Part shown: positions 18,601-25,985 of the stretch, piece by piece
How the letters are laid out: each line of letters opens with the position of its first letter
Numbering within the stretch: the first letter of the stretch is position 1
Assembly: GCA_963662715.1 (NCBI GenBank)
Contig: OY759724.1
Span: 1,626,662 to 1,690,661 of the forward strand
Length of the DNA stretch: 64,000 bases
Source of the DNA: Candidatus Omnitrophota bacterium
Lineage (GTDB): Bacteria; Omnitrophota; Gorgyraeia; Zapsychrales; JANLHA01
Direction: 5' to 3'
Position numbers and translations under genes: made by a program
The notes under the pieces: model-generated
Databases searched by the model: none
What the model was told of the DNA's origin: nothing
What the model saw: only the letters and a program-made list of their open reading frames with translations

Positions 18601-19450
18601 AACCGTTCAGGATTTGGGCTGCATGGCCTCATATGACGGTCTAACCTGTTCGTACGATCAACGATTGATTGTGACCACTCCGACGAACGCGAATTGTCCT
18701 GAAGAAAAAGAATGTAATTATGATGTGTCCTGTACAACATGTACGACCGGAGACACCCTGGCCTGCGCTGACGTAAACGGCTGTCCCTACCAGCGTATCT
18801 GCGAAGACGGTTACTGGAGCAGCTGTCAGCAGGTTAATCCTCTTTGCACTCCGGGAGAGATTGTTGATTGTGAGCCCAATGCCGACGGGTTTATTTCCAA
18901 AAAGACCTGTAATGTCTGCGGGACAGCCTGGGGACCCTGCTGGTGTGACCCGCAGGAAACACAAAGCTGTACAACCTCCGCTTCCTGCCCCGGGATCGGC
19001 ACATGTTCCGGAGGAGGCTGGTCTCCTTGCGAGCAAAGCAACCCGACATGTATTCCCGGCTCGACCCATGACTGTACTTTGGGCGACGGAAACCCGGGGG
19101 TCGAAGATTGTAATTCCTGCGGAGACGGCTTTGGTACGTGCCGCTGCTTGGCCGGCGCGGTTTATTGTTATATCGAAGGGGTTCTGGGAACCCAGACATG
19201 TAATACGACGACGGGGTTGTATGAGGATTGTGTCTGTATCAGCGGATCAACCAAGCAATGTACCACGACTTCGGGATGTACGGCCGGGGTTATTTATTGT
19301 AACGACGGCACCGGGCTCTTTGACGGCGACTGTGAATTGCCGTATTCTGAATGTACTCCGGGAGAAACCAGGTCTTGTCTGAAATACTTTATCATCCCTG
19401 GGACGGAGACATGTATGTCCTGCGGGAACTGGAGTGGTGTGTGTGAGTAA
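15650..19450 (+). CDS. Giant secreted hyper-cysteine-rich tandem-repeat protein (1266 aa; ~18 'CC-x-Y...CG...YP[DE]T...NP-x-C' modules plus C-terminal EGF-like modules)
   Basis: N-terminal signal/TM 'FCAMVVCTVFLVLLSEYGAFSQ'. Iterated motifs include CCDYG, CCGYP, CCEYG, CCNYP and CCQYG. 'C[TI]PG[ES]' modules appear at the C-terminus. The RBS-like GGGAGATGAGAGAG precedes the ATG. Confidence 0.85.
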   Translation: MLSYRKIWRFCAMVVCTVFLVLLSEYGAFSQTWTDDDLATAQRPVKPIHIREMRRAIYNKRMLCGMSSPTWQEPNIIEKVTPIRAQHVEELRQAIRDVYDMPPSRTLPDGVILATDVPEESAIRADHIFEIRLSIEEVSCCGDGECNPPFEDLDNCPVDCGACTYSDWVILGCGVSPCDGNEIQRKKTAPEDGCQDLIECIAAYDTCCNYGAWEDYDCGGGECDPTAMRQIQQSATSVAGCEDRYRCLELESCCDYAGFVWQCGYDILYPDTQWLEVNIPDNSACEPEFGTIYEADDPISKANCCDYGAQSSSCGGEVEGVTYPDSTLITQRAAGNPNCEDDITITPNADDCCDYGPIETPPSCGATLRVDGVMTTFPDTTFLQFRTPTNPNCDHKIVQELAIEEDPTKYCCQYSGFQGDCGYDPVYPDTDWIEYNIAGVVDVSCPVEYRNHLPNADSCCCYESTSICGDGVTYPTSSMITSKTPTCNPSCSTEVTEDTFNEACCGYGPWQYDQCGYAGYYDDTYLVDYRSPTNPLCDPIFGDVCGPNHEDCCGYPEKDVVCGGTWEGVVYPETTCIYDAAKPANPNCPDKCGSIEEMCDYCCDYEITSSHCGDGVTIPVTTQVVTRTPNNPNCDVIVDEQIPDGCCGYPAGSSRICGYDGRPATTSVEVMEPTQDFDDCETIIQNEIENDPFCCDYAGFQASQCGYSGWYEAHTRLEVNEPNNAITGCDPLFQNVVPYEYECCEYGTATSTCGDGVSYPTSSWVTTQTSAAGCDAIEGEETNHQNCCNYPASPTTECGALGYPETYLVSYLESSTNPTCEIQIIGTPAYDEVCCQYGSLQQGCGDGVQFPLTDYVSWHEPGLVHVDCPVKVISQIENDDTCCGYPAEYTAVCGYSALGYPETTLVEIKEPTLAECPVKSRNPVPYDDTCCEYTTNYYCGYPSPLDIPDTNYVEVKEPGGGKSCPVEAVNETAYAEICCGYTTGTVQDLGCMASYDGLTCSYDQRLIVTTPTNANCPEEKECNYDVSCTTCTTGDTLACADVNGCPYQRICEDGYWSSCQQVNPLCTPGEIVDCEPNADGFISKKTCNVCGTAWGPCWCDPQETQSCTTSASCPGIGTCSGGGWSPCEQSNPTCIPGSTHDCTLGDGNPGVEDCNSCGDGFGTCRCLAGAVYCYIEGVLGTQTCNTTTGLYEDCVCISGSTKQCTTTSGCTAGVIYCNDGTGLFDGDCELPYSECTPGETRSCLKYFIIPGTETCMSCGNWSGVCE

Positions 19451-19486
19451 CGCAGGTTAAAGAGAAGTTCTACATAAATAAACAAA

Positions 19487-19510
19487 AAGTCGGCGAATCC
19501 TGGCTGACTT
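19487..19510 (+). other. Imperfect hairpin AAGTCGGC-gaatcctg-GCTGACTT just after the Cys-rich gene
   Basis: 7/8 complementary arms with no clear T-tract. It may be a weak terminator or processing site. Confidence 0.2.
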
Positions 19511-19549
19511 CGTGTGTCTCCCTGTAATTTTCAGGTGGATTAGGTTGAC

Positions 19550-20167
19550 GTGTCTCAAGAACCAGAATCCCAGCTAAATCAGATTTATTCGGATCCGGAT
19601 GTTTTGCTTATGCTTGAGGTCCAGAAAGGCCACCAGGCCCCTTTTGAGAGCCTGATGCGTAAGTATTATAAACGGATTTATAATTTTATTTACCGTTTTG
19701 TCGGACATCGACAGCTGGCCGAAGATTTGACACAGGATGTTTTTATCCGTGTGTATAAATCGGCGGATTCTTACCATCCCAAAGCAAAATTTCAAACCTG
19801 GATTTATACTATTGCTAAGAATTTGAGTCTTAATGAATTAAGAAAAAAGAGCTCTCGAAACAGTATTTCTTTAGAACAAGAAATTCCGACTTCCCGTGGG
19901 GCCGTGCTGCCCCAGGTCGAAGACCCTCGTGCGAAGAGTCTCTGGGAATCCATGGCGCAGGAAGAAAAACAGTCTGTTGTCAGGGAGGCCATTCAGAGTC
20001 TTCCTGAGAATCAGAGGATGGCTGTTATTTTGCGGAGATACGAAGATCTTTCTTACGAACAGATTGCTCAGACACTCCAATGTTCCGTGCCTGCCGTTAA
20101 GTCTCTTTTGAATCGGGCTAAAGAAGGGCTGAAAGGGAAGCTCAGGAATGTTATGGGAGATTATTGA
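19550..20167 (+). CDS. RNA polymerase sigma-70 factor, ECF subfamily
   Basis: Region 2 'YKRIYNFIYRFVGHRQLAEDLTQDVFIRVYK' and region 4 'LPENQRMAVILRRYEDLSYEQIAQTLQCSVPAVKSLLNRAKEGL'. GTG start. Confidence 0.9.
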   Translation: MSQEPESQLNQIYSDPDVLLMLEVQKGHQAPFESLMRKYYKRIYNFIYRFVGHRQLAEDLTQDVFIRVYKSADSYHPKAKFQTWIYTIAKNLSLNELRKKSSRNSISLEQEIPTSRGAVLPQVEDPRAKSLWESMAQEEKQSVVREAIQSLPENQRMAVILRRYEDLSYEQIAQTLQCSVPAVKSLLNRAKEGLKGKLRNVMGDY

Positions 20168-20233
20168 CGCGAGACAAATAAATCGCAACTTTTCCGCTTT
20201 TTTTGTGTTAAATATATAGAAGAGGATTTTATT

Positions 20234-20722
20234 ATGAAATGTCATGAAATCAAAGAACTTCTCCCGGCCTACAGCAATTCTGATGTCTCTCCAGAAAAAG
20301 CTATGGAAATAGGAGAGCATTTAAAGGTCTGCGAGGATTGCCTGCAGGAATATAATCTTATTGTTAAGAGCTGGGAGTCTTTGGACGTCTGGCCGGATAT
20401 TGAGCCGGAAGAAGGATATGTTTCAAGGTTCTGGACGCGTTTGTCTGCAGAACAGACCTGGAGAGAACGGGTTATGAGCGGAATGAAGAACCTGCTTGCA
20501 AAAAGAGCTCTTGTCCCGGCCTATGCCGGAACGCTCGTTGCGGTCCTTGTTGCTTTCTTGTATTTTCAGGTCCCTTTATCAAAAAACCGGCCTCCTGAAA
20601 TGATCATTGAAGAGGATGTCGATTTTGTTGAATCTCTGGAATTGACAGAGCAAATGGATATATTGCAGGAGATGGATTGGTTAGAGGATTTGGATGTTAT
20701 CGAAAAACTTGATGCTGTTTAA
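20234..20722 (+). CDS. Anti-sigma factor, zf-HC2 (ChrR/RsrA-like zinc-binding) type with one TM helix
   Basis: 'MKCHEIKELLPAY...HLKVCEDC' is an H-x3-C-x2-C zinc motif. TM helix 'ALVPAYAGTLVAVLVAFLYF'. Acidic C-terminus 'EQMDILQEMDWLEDLDVIEKLD'. Confidence 0.85.
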   Translation: MKCHEIKELLPAYSNSDVSPEKAMEIGEHLKVCEDCLQEYNLIVKSWESLDVWPDIEPEEGYVSRFWTRLSAEQTWRERVMSGMKNLLAKRALVPAYAGTLVAVLVAFLYFQVPLSKNRPPEMIIEEDVDFVESLELTEQMDILQEMDWLEDLDVIEKLDAV

Positions 20723-21002
20723 TCAGCAAAACAATTTTGTGCTAAAAGGAAGGGCTATTTTTGTGCTGAGCCTCTGTGCTTTTATCTTTATGGGGGGCCG
20801 GAATGGAGATTGCGGGAAAGAACAACAGAAGGATTCTTTGAAAAAGAAAACACAAGATGAGTCTGTTGTCGAATATATGGATATTTTAGATATATTGGAA
20901 ATTCTGGATGAGCGGGACATTGATTTCTTTCAGGATGATTTTTTTAGTTATCAGGAATTCGAGGGAGAGAAGGATGGAAAGGACAAAACAAAAAAGAAGT
21001 AG
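20694..21002 (+). CDS. Small acidic protein with signal peptide-like N-terminus; shares an 'MDIL...L..D' motif with the anti-sigma C-terminus
   Basis: 'AIFVLSLCAFIFMGG' hydrophobic segment, then 'VVEYMDILDILEILDERDIDFFQDDFF' and a Lys-rich tail. It overlaps both neighbours by 29 nt in different frames. The true start is uncertain. Confidence 0.4.
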   Translation: MLSKNLMLFNQQNNFVLKGRAIFVLSLCAFIFMGGRNGDCGKEQQKDSLKKKTQDESVVEYMDILDILEILDERDIDFFQDDFFSYQEFEGEKDGKDKTKKK

Positions 21003-21531
21003 GTGTTTTTCGTGTGTTTTGTTTGTAATTCTGATTTGTTTTATCGGGCGTCCGGCGGCTGCTCAAACAACCGGGCAGGCCCGTGAAATCCGTGACGAAA
21101 AACGGTTGTCGGAAAAATTCGAAAGGTGGCAACAGCTCAGCGAAAAAGAGAAAGCCCTGTTGCGCCGGCGTTTTGAAAAATGGCAGGCGATGTCCCCTGC
21201 GCGGAAAGCAAGAATTCAGGAAAGGTTTAAACGGTTTAAATCCCTGCCTATAGAGAAACAGCAGGAGCTTCGGAAGAACTGGCGGCGCTTTATGAACATG
21301 ACCGAGGGGCAGAAAAGAGAAATCAATGCGCGTTATGCCCGATGGAAGAAAATGACTCCGGAAGAACGCAGAAGACTAAGAAACCGGTTTTACCGGTTTA
21401 TGCAGATGTCCCCGGAGGAACGCAGGCAGCTGCAGCAAAAAAGAGAGCGGTGGCAGTCTCTTTCTCCGGAAGAACGGCAGAGAATACGTCAAAGAATACT
21501 TGAAAAAAGAAGACAGGCCCAGGAAATGTAA
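20974..21531 (+). CDS. DUF3106-type periplasmic repeat protein ('SPEER' repeats) typical of ECF sigma / anti-sigma loci
   Basis: Signal peptide 'MERTKQKRSRCFSCVLFVILICFIGRPAAA'. At least 4 repeats '(M/L)(S/T)PEERxxLxxRxxRW/F'. Internal ATG at 20974. Confidence 0.75.
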   Translation: MERTKQKRSRCFSCVLFVILICFIGRPAAAQTTGQAREIRDEKRLSEKFERWQQLSEKEKALLRRRFEKWQAMSPARKARIQERFKRFKSLPIEKQQELRKNWRRFMNMTEGQKREINARYARWKKMTPEERRRLRNRFYRFMQMSPEERRQLQQKRERWQSLSPEERQRIRQRILEKRRQAQEM

Positions 21532-21540
21532 TCATCTTAA

Positions 21541-21600
21541 GGGATCAGCGCCCTTTTTTATAACTCAAATAGAACCAGGACGCTGATCCCTTTCATTTTT
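21541..21600 (+). terminator. Rho-independent terminator-like inverted repeat GGGATCAGCG ... CGCTGATCCC followed by TTTCATTTTT
   Basis: Perfect 10-bp arms at 21541-50 and 21581-90, a 30-nt loop, then a T-run. It ends the sigma / anti-sigma / DUF3106 block. Confidence 0.55.
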
Positions 21601-21751
21601 CTGAATTGTCGGCCTTTTTATTGTACCCTCCTTTTTAAATATCATCTTCCAATAATTTACAGCTTTTTAAAAATCCAAATAAGTTCTGGCCTCTTGTTGT
21701 CGTTCAGTTTTTTTCGCCCTCTTTTTCTTGCCTCTTGACAATGGTGTATTA

Positions 21752-21773
21752 CTGTATTACACTTGTAATACAG
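21752..21773. promoter_or_regulatory. Perfect palindrome CTGTATTACA-ct-TGTAATACAG (candidate GntR/YtrA operator) overlapping a TTGACA -35 box at 21735-21740
   Basis: Read directly. It has the GT-N-AC core typical of GntR operators. It sits 30 nt upstream of the GntR start and contains a further half-site copy 'gtattac' at 21745-21751. Confidence 0.55.
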
Positions 21774-21802
21774 GTAGCATCAAAACAAGAGTAAAGAAAG
21801 CC

Positions 21803-22207
21803 ATGACAGCCAAAGCAAAATTTTATTTTAATATTTTAACAACTTCCGGAGTCCCGATCTACCGGCAGATCATTGATCAGGTGAAAACTCTTATTGCGGC
21901 CGGCCGGTTGTCGTCAGGGGAGTTCCTGCCTTCTGTTCGTCAGGTGGCGCAGGAGCTGGAAATAAATCCTATGACGGTTTCCAAAGCCTATTCTTTATTA
22001 GAGAAGGAAGGAGTTCTGGAGTTTGCCCGCGGGCAGGGCATGAGAGTGAAGGGAAAAACTATTCCTCAAAAAGATCTGAAACAGCGGGAAGAGGCGCTTA
22101 TTCCTTTATTAAAAGAGGTCATTATGCGGGCTTGTCAATTGTCCGTTCAGCCGGAAAAGGTTATCTTACTTATGGAACATTTGTGGAAGGAGCAGCGTCA
22201 TGAATAA
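21803..22207 (+). CDS. GntR family transcriptional regulator, short YtrA-like subfamily
   Basis: 'IYRQIIDQVKTLIAAGRLSSGEFLPSVRQVAQELEINPMTVSKAYSLLEKEGVLEFARGQGMRV' is a GntR wHTH. The short C-terminal domain is followed by an ABC ATPase, as in YtrA-type operons. Confidence 0.85.
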   Translation: MTAKAKFYFNILTTSGVPIYRQIIDQVKTLIAAGRLSSGEFLPSVRQVAQELEINPMTVSKAYSLLEKEGVLEFARGQGMRVKGKTIPQKDLKQREEALIPLLKEVIMRACQLSVQPEKVILLMEHLWKEQRHE

Positions 22208-23078
22208 TTTTGTGATAAACATGCAGGGCGTTACAAGGCGTTATCGATCTAAAACGGTTTTGCAAAATTTGTCTTTGCGCGTTCCCGAAGGGTCGGTGTT
22301 TGGCCTGTTGGGGAAAAACGGGGCGGGGAAGACGACCCTCATTAAATGTGTTTTGGGTTTATTGCATCCTCATGAGGGCCAGATTTCGGTCCTGGAAGAT
22401 CATCCCGGGGATTTCTCGAATCAAACTAAAGAAAAGATCGGCTATGTCCCTCAGTCAGACCGGATTTATCCCTGGTTAAATGTCAGGCAGCTTGTTGCTT
22501 ATACGGCTTCGTTTTATTTTCACTGGAATACAGGTTTGGTTGAACGGTTGCTGAAAGAGTGGGAGTTGGATGAAGAGGATAAAGTGGGTTTGCTGTCAGA
22601 AGGCCAGGCCCAAAAACTGGCCATCATCCTTGCCTTAGGACATGAGCCGAGTGTATTGATATTTGACGAACCCGTTGCCAGCCTGGATCCTGCCGCCCGC
22701 AGGAATTTCTTAAAGACCATTCTGGATATTGTCGCTGACCGGAAATGCACGATATTTTTCTCCACCCATATCACCTCAGACCTTGAACGGGTCGCCGACC
22801 GTGTCGCTTTGCTGAAAGACGGAAAAATTGATTTTTGCGGTGAGCTTGACGTGTTAAAAGAAGAAGTCAAAAGACTGCGGGTGGTGTCTTCTGTCCCGTT
22901 GTCCCGGGAATTCCAGCTTGACGGCCTTCTTCACTGTGAACTGTCAAAGTATGAGGCTATTTTGTCTGTGCGCGGCTTTCATCCGGATCTGAAAAACCAG
23001 ATAGAGAAAAAAATCGGAGCGAAAATAGAAGTCGAGGATCTGAATCTTGAAGAAATTTTTCTGGAGCTCCATTCATGA
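22200..23078 (+). CDS. ABC transporter ATP-binding protein
   Basis: Walker A 'GKNGAGKTTL', signature 'LSEGQAQKL', Walker B 'LIFDEP', H-loop 'THI'. Confidence 0.9.
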   Translation: MNNFVINMQGVTRRYRSKTVLQNLSLRVPEGSVFGLLGKNGAGKTTLIKCVLGLLHPHEGQISVLEDHPGDFSNQTKEKIGYVPQSDRIYPWLNVRQLVAYTASFYFHWNTGLVERLLKEWELDEEDKVGLLSEGQAQKLAIILALGHEPSVLIFDEPVASLDPAARRNFLKTILDIVADRKCTIFFSTHITSDLERVADRVALLKDGKIDFCGELDVLKEEVKRLRVVSSVPLSREFQLDGLLHCELSKYEAILSVRGFHPDLKNQIEKKIGAKIEVEDLNLEEIFLELHS

Positions 23079-24463
23079 GAAATAAATATTATCAGATTTT
23101 CAACCTTTATTATCAATACATCCCTTTCCGTATCTTGTCGGCGTGTTTAGTGGCCACAGCTTTGCTTTCAAGATTTTCCCTTAAGCAGAAATACTATTAT
23201 GTCGCCGATGATTTTTTCACCTTTTTTCTGGTTGTCAGTGTCTGGCTGGGTTTCACTTCCGGGGTGTTATTAAAGAGACAGATGGCGCATCCCCGGGCCG
23301 CACTGCTGCCGGATTACCGTATCCCCCATATCATTGTCCCTTATAGTTTTTTTGCCTTCTTTATCGCGGTTTACTGTTATTGGCTCAGCAGCCTTTACCC
23401 GCTTATTATCCTGGAGAAAGCAGCTGTGTGGTCGGTTTTTCTGTTAAGTGTTCTTATCATCAACCTGATTATCTGGGTCGGATATCTGTCCATTAGTTTG
23501 CTGGTCTATGTCTCGTATTTTCTTCTGCTCGTGATTTCCTGGCAGACGTTTAACCTGGTTATCCTCATTACCGAACAGGCGCATTGGCAGCTTGCCCTGG
23601 CTCTGGCGAGTGTGGCTTTGCTTCTGCTGCTCGCTTGGCGAATGACGGTCTTAAATGAGGACAAGTTTGAATACGGCTATATTATTTCCTGGCCGCATAA
23701 GGAATTCCTCCACAATCAAATCAAAGCCGGAGAACTTTATGTCCGGGCGATACATTTTATTAAAAGCCGGCTCGGGCTTAAGCCCCGCAGAGTTGCCGTT
23801 CCTCCTTATCCGAGAGAGGCGGCCCTTTGGCGGAGGGCGTACCATTGGCATTATTTGGATTTGGCTGAATTGAAAAGTATTTGGATTCTGCTTGTGGTTT
23901 TGACGCCGGTCTATGTTTACCGCATCCCTGGGATGTCTTTTTTTCATGACTTTTACAGGGATCCTTACAGTAATTTTTTGCTTTATGCCATTGCCCCTGT
24001 CCTGATCGTTTTATGCTCGAATTATCGTAACATGAGCACCTGGCCGCATGATCTTCTGAAACCGGTCCGAAAAAAAGACTTTATTAAAGAGCAGGGGGCG
24101 GGACTTTTGGCGGGGCTGGGGCTGTACTGGCTGTTGTTTGTGATGTACTTGGTCTTTATCCCGCATTGCGTGCTTCAACCCGCTGCCTTGTTGAGCAGCC
24201 GGTTCTGGGGATATTTGGCTTTGTCAGGAAGTTTTGCCTTCTTGACATTGTCCTGGGTCATTTTTATGAGCACTTATTCATCCCGGCCCTGGTTTGTCCT
24301 GGCTAACGGAAGCGTTCTTGTGGGGCTGGCGCAGTTGTTGTTTGTGGTGGCCGGGAAACAGCCTTTCATGATCAATATGTTGAATAGTGCTCTGTGTTGG
24401 GTAGGCATTTATTTATTTTTGAAATGGGGTTACCGGAAATGGTGTCAGGCTGAGACAGCCTAG
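23075..24463 (+). CDS. Polytopic integral membrane protein (putative permease partner of the ABC ATPase)
   Basis: 462 aa with >=10 hydrophobic helices. 4-nt overlap with the ATPase gene. No recognisable family motif. Confidence 0.6.
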   Translation: MRNKYYQIFNLYYQYIPFRILSACLVATALLSRFSLKQKYYYVADDFFTFFLVVSVWLGFTSGVLLKRQMAHPRAALLPDYRIPHIIVPYSFFAFFIAVYCYWLSSLYPLIILEKAAVWSVFLLSVLIINLIIWVGYLSISLLVYVSYFLLLVISWQTFNLVILITEQAHWQLALALASVALLLLLAWRMTVLNEDKFEYGYIISWPHKEFLHNQIKAGELYVRAIHFIKSRLGLKPRRVAVPPYPREAALWRRAYHWHYLDLAELKSIWILLVVLTPVYVYRIPGMSFFHDFYRDPYSNFLLYAIAPVLIVLCSNYRNMSTWPHDLLKPVRKKDFIKEQGAGLLAGLGLYWLLFVMYLVFIPHCVLQPAALLSSRFWGYLALSGSFAFLTLSWVIFMSTYSSRPWFVLANGSVLVGLAQLLFVVAGKQPFMINMLNSALCWVGIYLFLKWGYRKWCQAETA

Positions 24464-24474
24464 GAGGGTTTGAT

Positions 24475-25917
24475 ATGAAAGTCAAAATGATTTTACCCGC
24501 GTTGTCTGAAGCCAAGAGTATATACTGGCGGCCTTTGAAATATTCTTTGTTCCCGCCTTTGGGTTTAGCGACTTTAGCCGGTTTTCTTTCCGCTGAGGAT
24601 GATATCGAAATCCGGGATGAACATGTTGAAGATTTATTCCTGGATGACGATCCTGACCTCGTTGCGATCCAGGTTTATATTACAGCCGCCCACCGGGCTT
24701 ATGAAATAGCCGATCATTACTGCCGGAAAGGCGTTTACGTTGTTTTAGGCGGTTTACACGTAACCTCTCTGCCGCAGGAAGCCGCTCTTCATGCCGACAC
24801 GATTTTTTTAGGTCCGGGCGAAGATACCTGGCCGCAATTTTTGCATGATTTTAGGCATGCGCGTCCCCGCAAAATTTACTCATCAACCCATCGTTCCCTG
24901 ACCGGCATCCCGCCTTTGCGGCGGGATCTTATTAAACGGCATTTGTATCTGGTGCCTAATTCTTTGCTTGTGTCCCGGGGCTGCCCGCACAGATGTGATT
25001 TTTGTTATAAAGAATCTTTTTTCCAGGGGGGCAGATCTTTTTATACCCAGACGGTCGATGATGCGCTTCATGAGATCCGCCGTCTCCCGGGGAAGCATCT
25101 TTTTTTTCTTGATGACCATCTCTTCGCTGATGAACGCTTTGCCTTGTCGTTGTTTGACGGAATGAAAGGAATGAAACGGGTCTGGCAGGCTGCCGGGACA
25201 GTGGCTTCCGTATTAAGGCCTCGTTTAATTGAGAAAGCCGTTGATTGCGGATTGAAAAGCCTGTTTGTCGGGTTTGAAAGCGTTAGGTCGGATACCCTCG
25301 CGGCATACAATAAACAGCATAACAGCAGAAGCGATTATGATGATGCCATCAGAAAGCTGCATGATTTGGGTGTCATGATCAACGGGAGTTTTGTCTTTGG
25401 CTGGGATGAGGACGGCCCGGATGTTTTTGACCGGACGGTCGAATGGGCCATAAGTCACGGGATTGAAACAGCTACCTTTCATGTCCTGACGCCGTATCCC
25501 GGAACCGCGCTTTTTAAACGCTTATTATTTCAGAAACGTCTGCTAAAAAAGAATTGGGACCTGTATGATACCCGGCATGCGGTCTTTGCTCCGGCACAAA
25601 TGTCGGCTGAAGATTTGGAGAAAGGATATGGGAGGGCGTATCGTGATTTTTATAAGTGGGGATCAATCTTTCAGGGGGCGGGGAATCATGCCTCAGGAAA
25701 AGATGCTTTGCGGCACCTGGCTTATGCCGGGGCCTGGAAAAAGTGTGAGCCATTATGGAATTTTATTATCAAGATTCGGCAGATTCAGAAAATGCGTCCT
25801 TTCCTGGAAGCGGTCCTTTCCGGGGGGCGGCGGGAGGAAGGGCGGATTCTTCCCGCCGTAAAAGACAGGGGGGTGCTGCAAAAGGAACGGATGTCATTTA
25901 AAACCGCCGGACCGTGA
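24475..25917 (+). CDS. B12-binding domain / radical SAM protein
   Basis: The N-terminal B12-binding-like domain is followed by 'CPHRCDFCYK', a CxxxCxxC radical SAM cluster motif. Confidence 0.85.
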   Translation: MKVKMILPALSEAKSIYWRPLKYSLFPPLGLATLAGFLSAEDDIEIRDEHVEDLFLDDDPDLVAIQVYITAAHRAYEIADHYCRKGVYVVLGGLHVTSLPQEAALHADTIFLGPGEDTWPQFLHDFRHARPRKIYSSTHRSLTGIPPLRRDLIKRHLYLVPNSLLVSRGCPHRCDFCYKESFFQGGRSFYTQTVDDALHEIRRLPGKHLFFLDDHLFADERFALSLFDGMKGMKRVWQAAGTVASVLRPRLIEKAVDCGLKSLFVGFESVRSDTLAAYNKQHNSRSDYDDAIRKLHDLGVMINGSFVFGWDEDGPDVFDRTVEWAISHGIETATFHVLTPYPGTALFKRLLFQKRLLKKNWDLYDTRHAVFAPAQMSAEDLEKGYGRAYRDFYKWGSIFQGAGNHASGKDALRHLAYAGAWKKCEPLWNFIIKIRQIQKMRPFLEAVLSGGRREEGRILPAVKDRGVLQKERMSFKTAGP

Positions 25918-25985
25918 ATGTCCCAGCATATCCGTTGAGCGCTCAGGCGGGGTTCAGAACATCATAAAAGAAAGGAGGGAGGATT

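Noticed and set aside
20908-20973. ORF-track start at 20908 for the DUF3106 protein (MSGTLISFRMIFLVIRNSRERR...)
   Set aside because: The first 22 residues overlap the preceding gene and lack signal-peptide character. The internal ATG at 20974 gives a canonical signal peptide (MERTKQKRSRCFSCVLFVILICFIGRPAAA) and is the more likely start.
21601-21712. Paired CTGAATTGTCG ... GTTGTCGTTCAG sequences flanking an AT-rich stretch between the terminator and the GntR promoter
   Set aside because: The complementary flanks are ~80 nt apart, too far for a simple hairpin. They carry no coding or mobile-element signature. This is probably fortuitous and was not reported as a finding.
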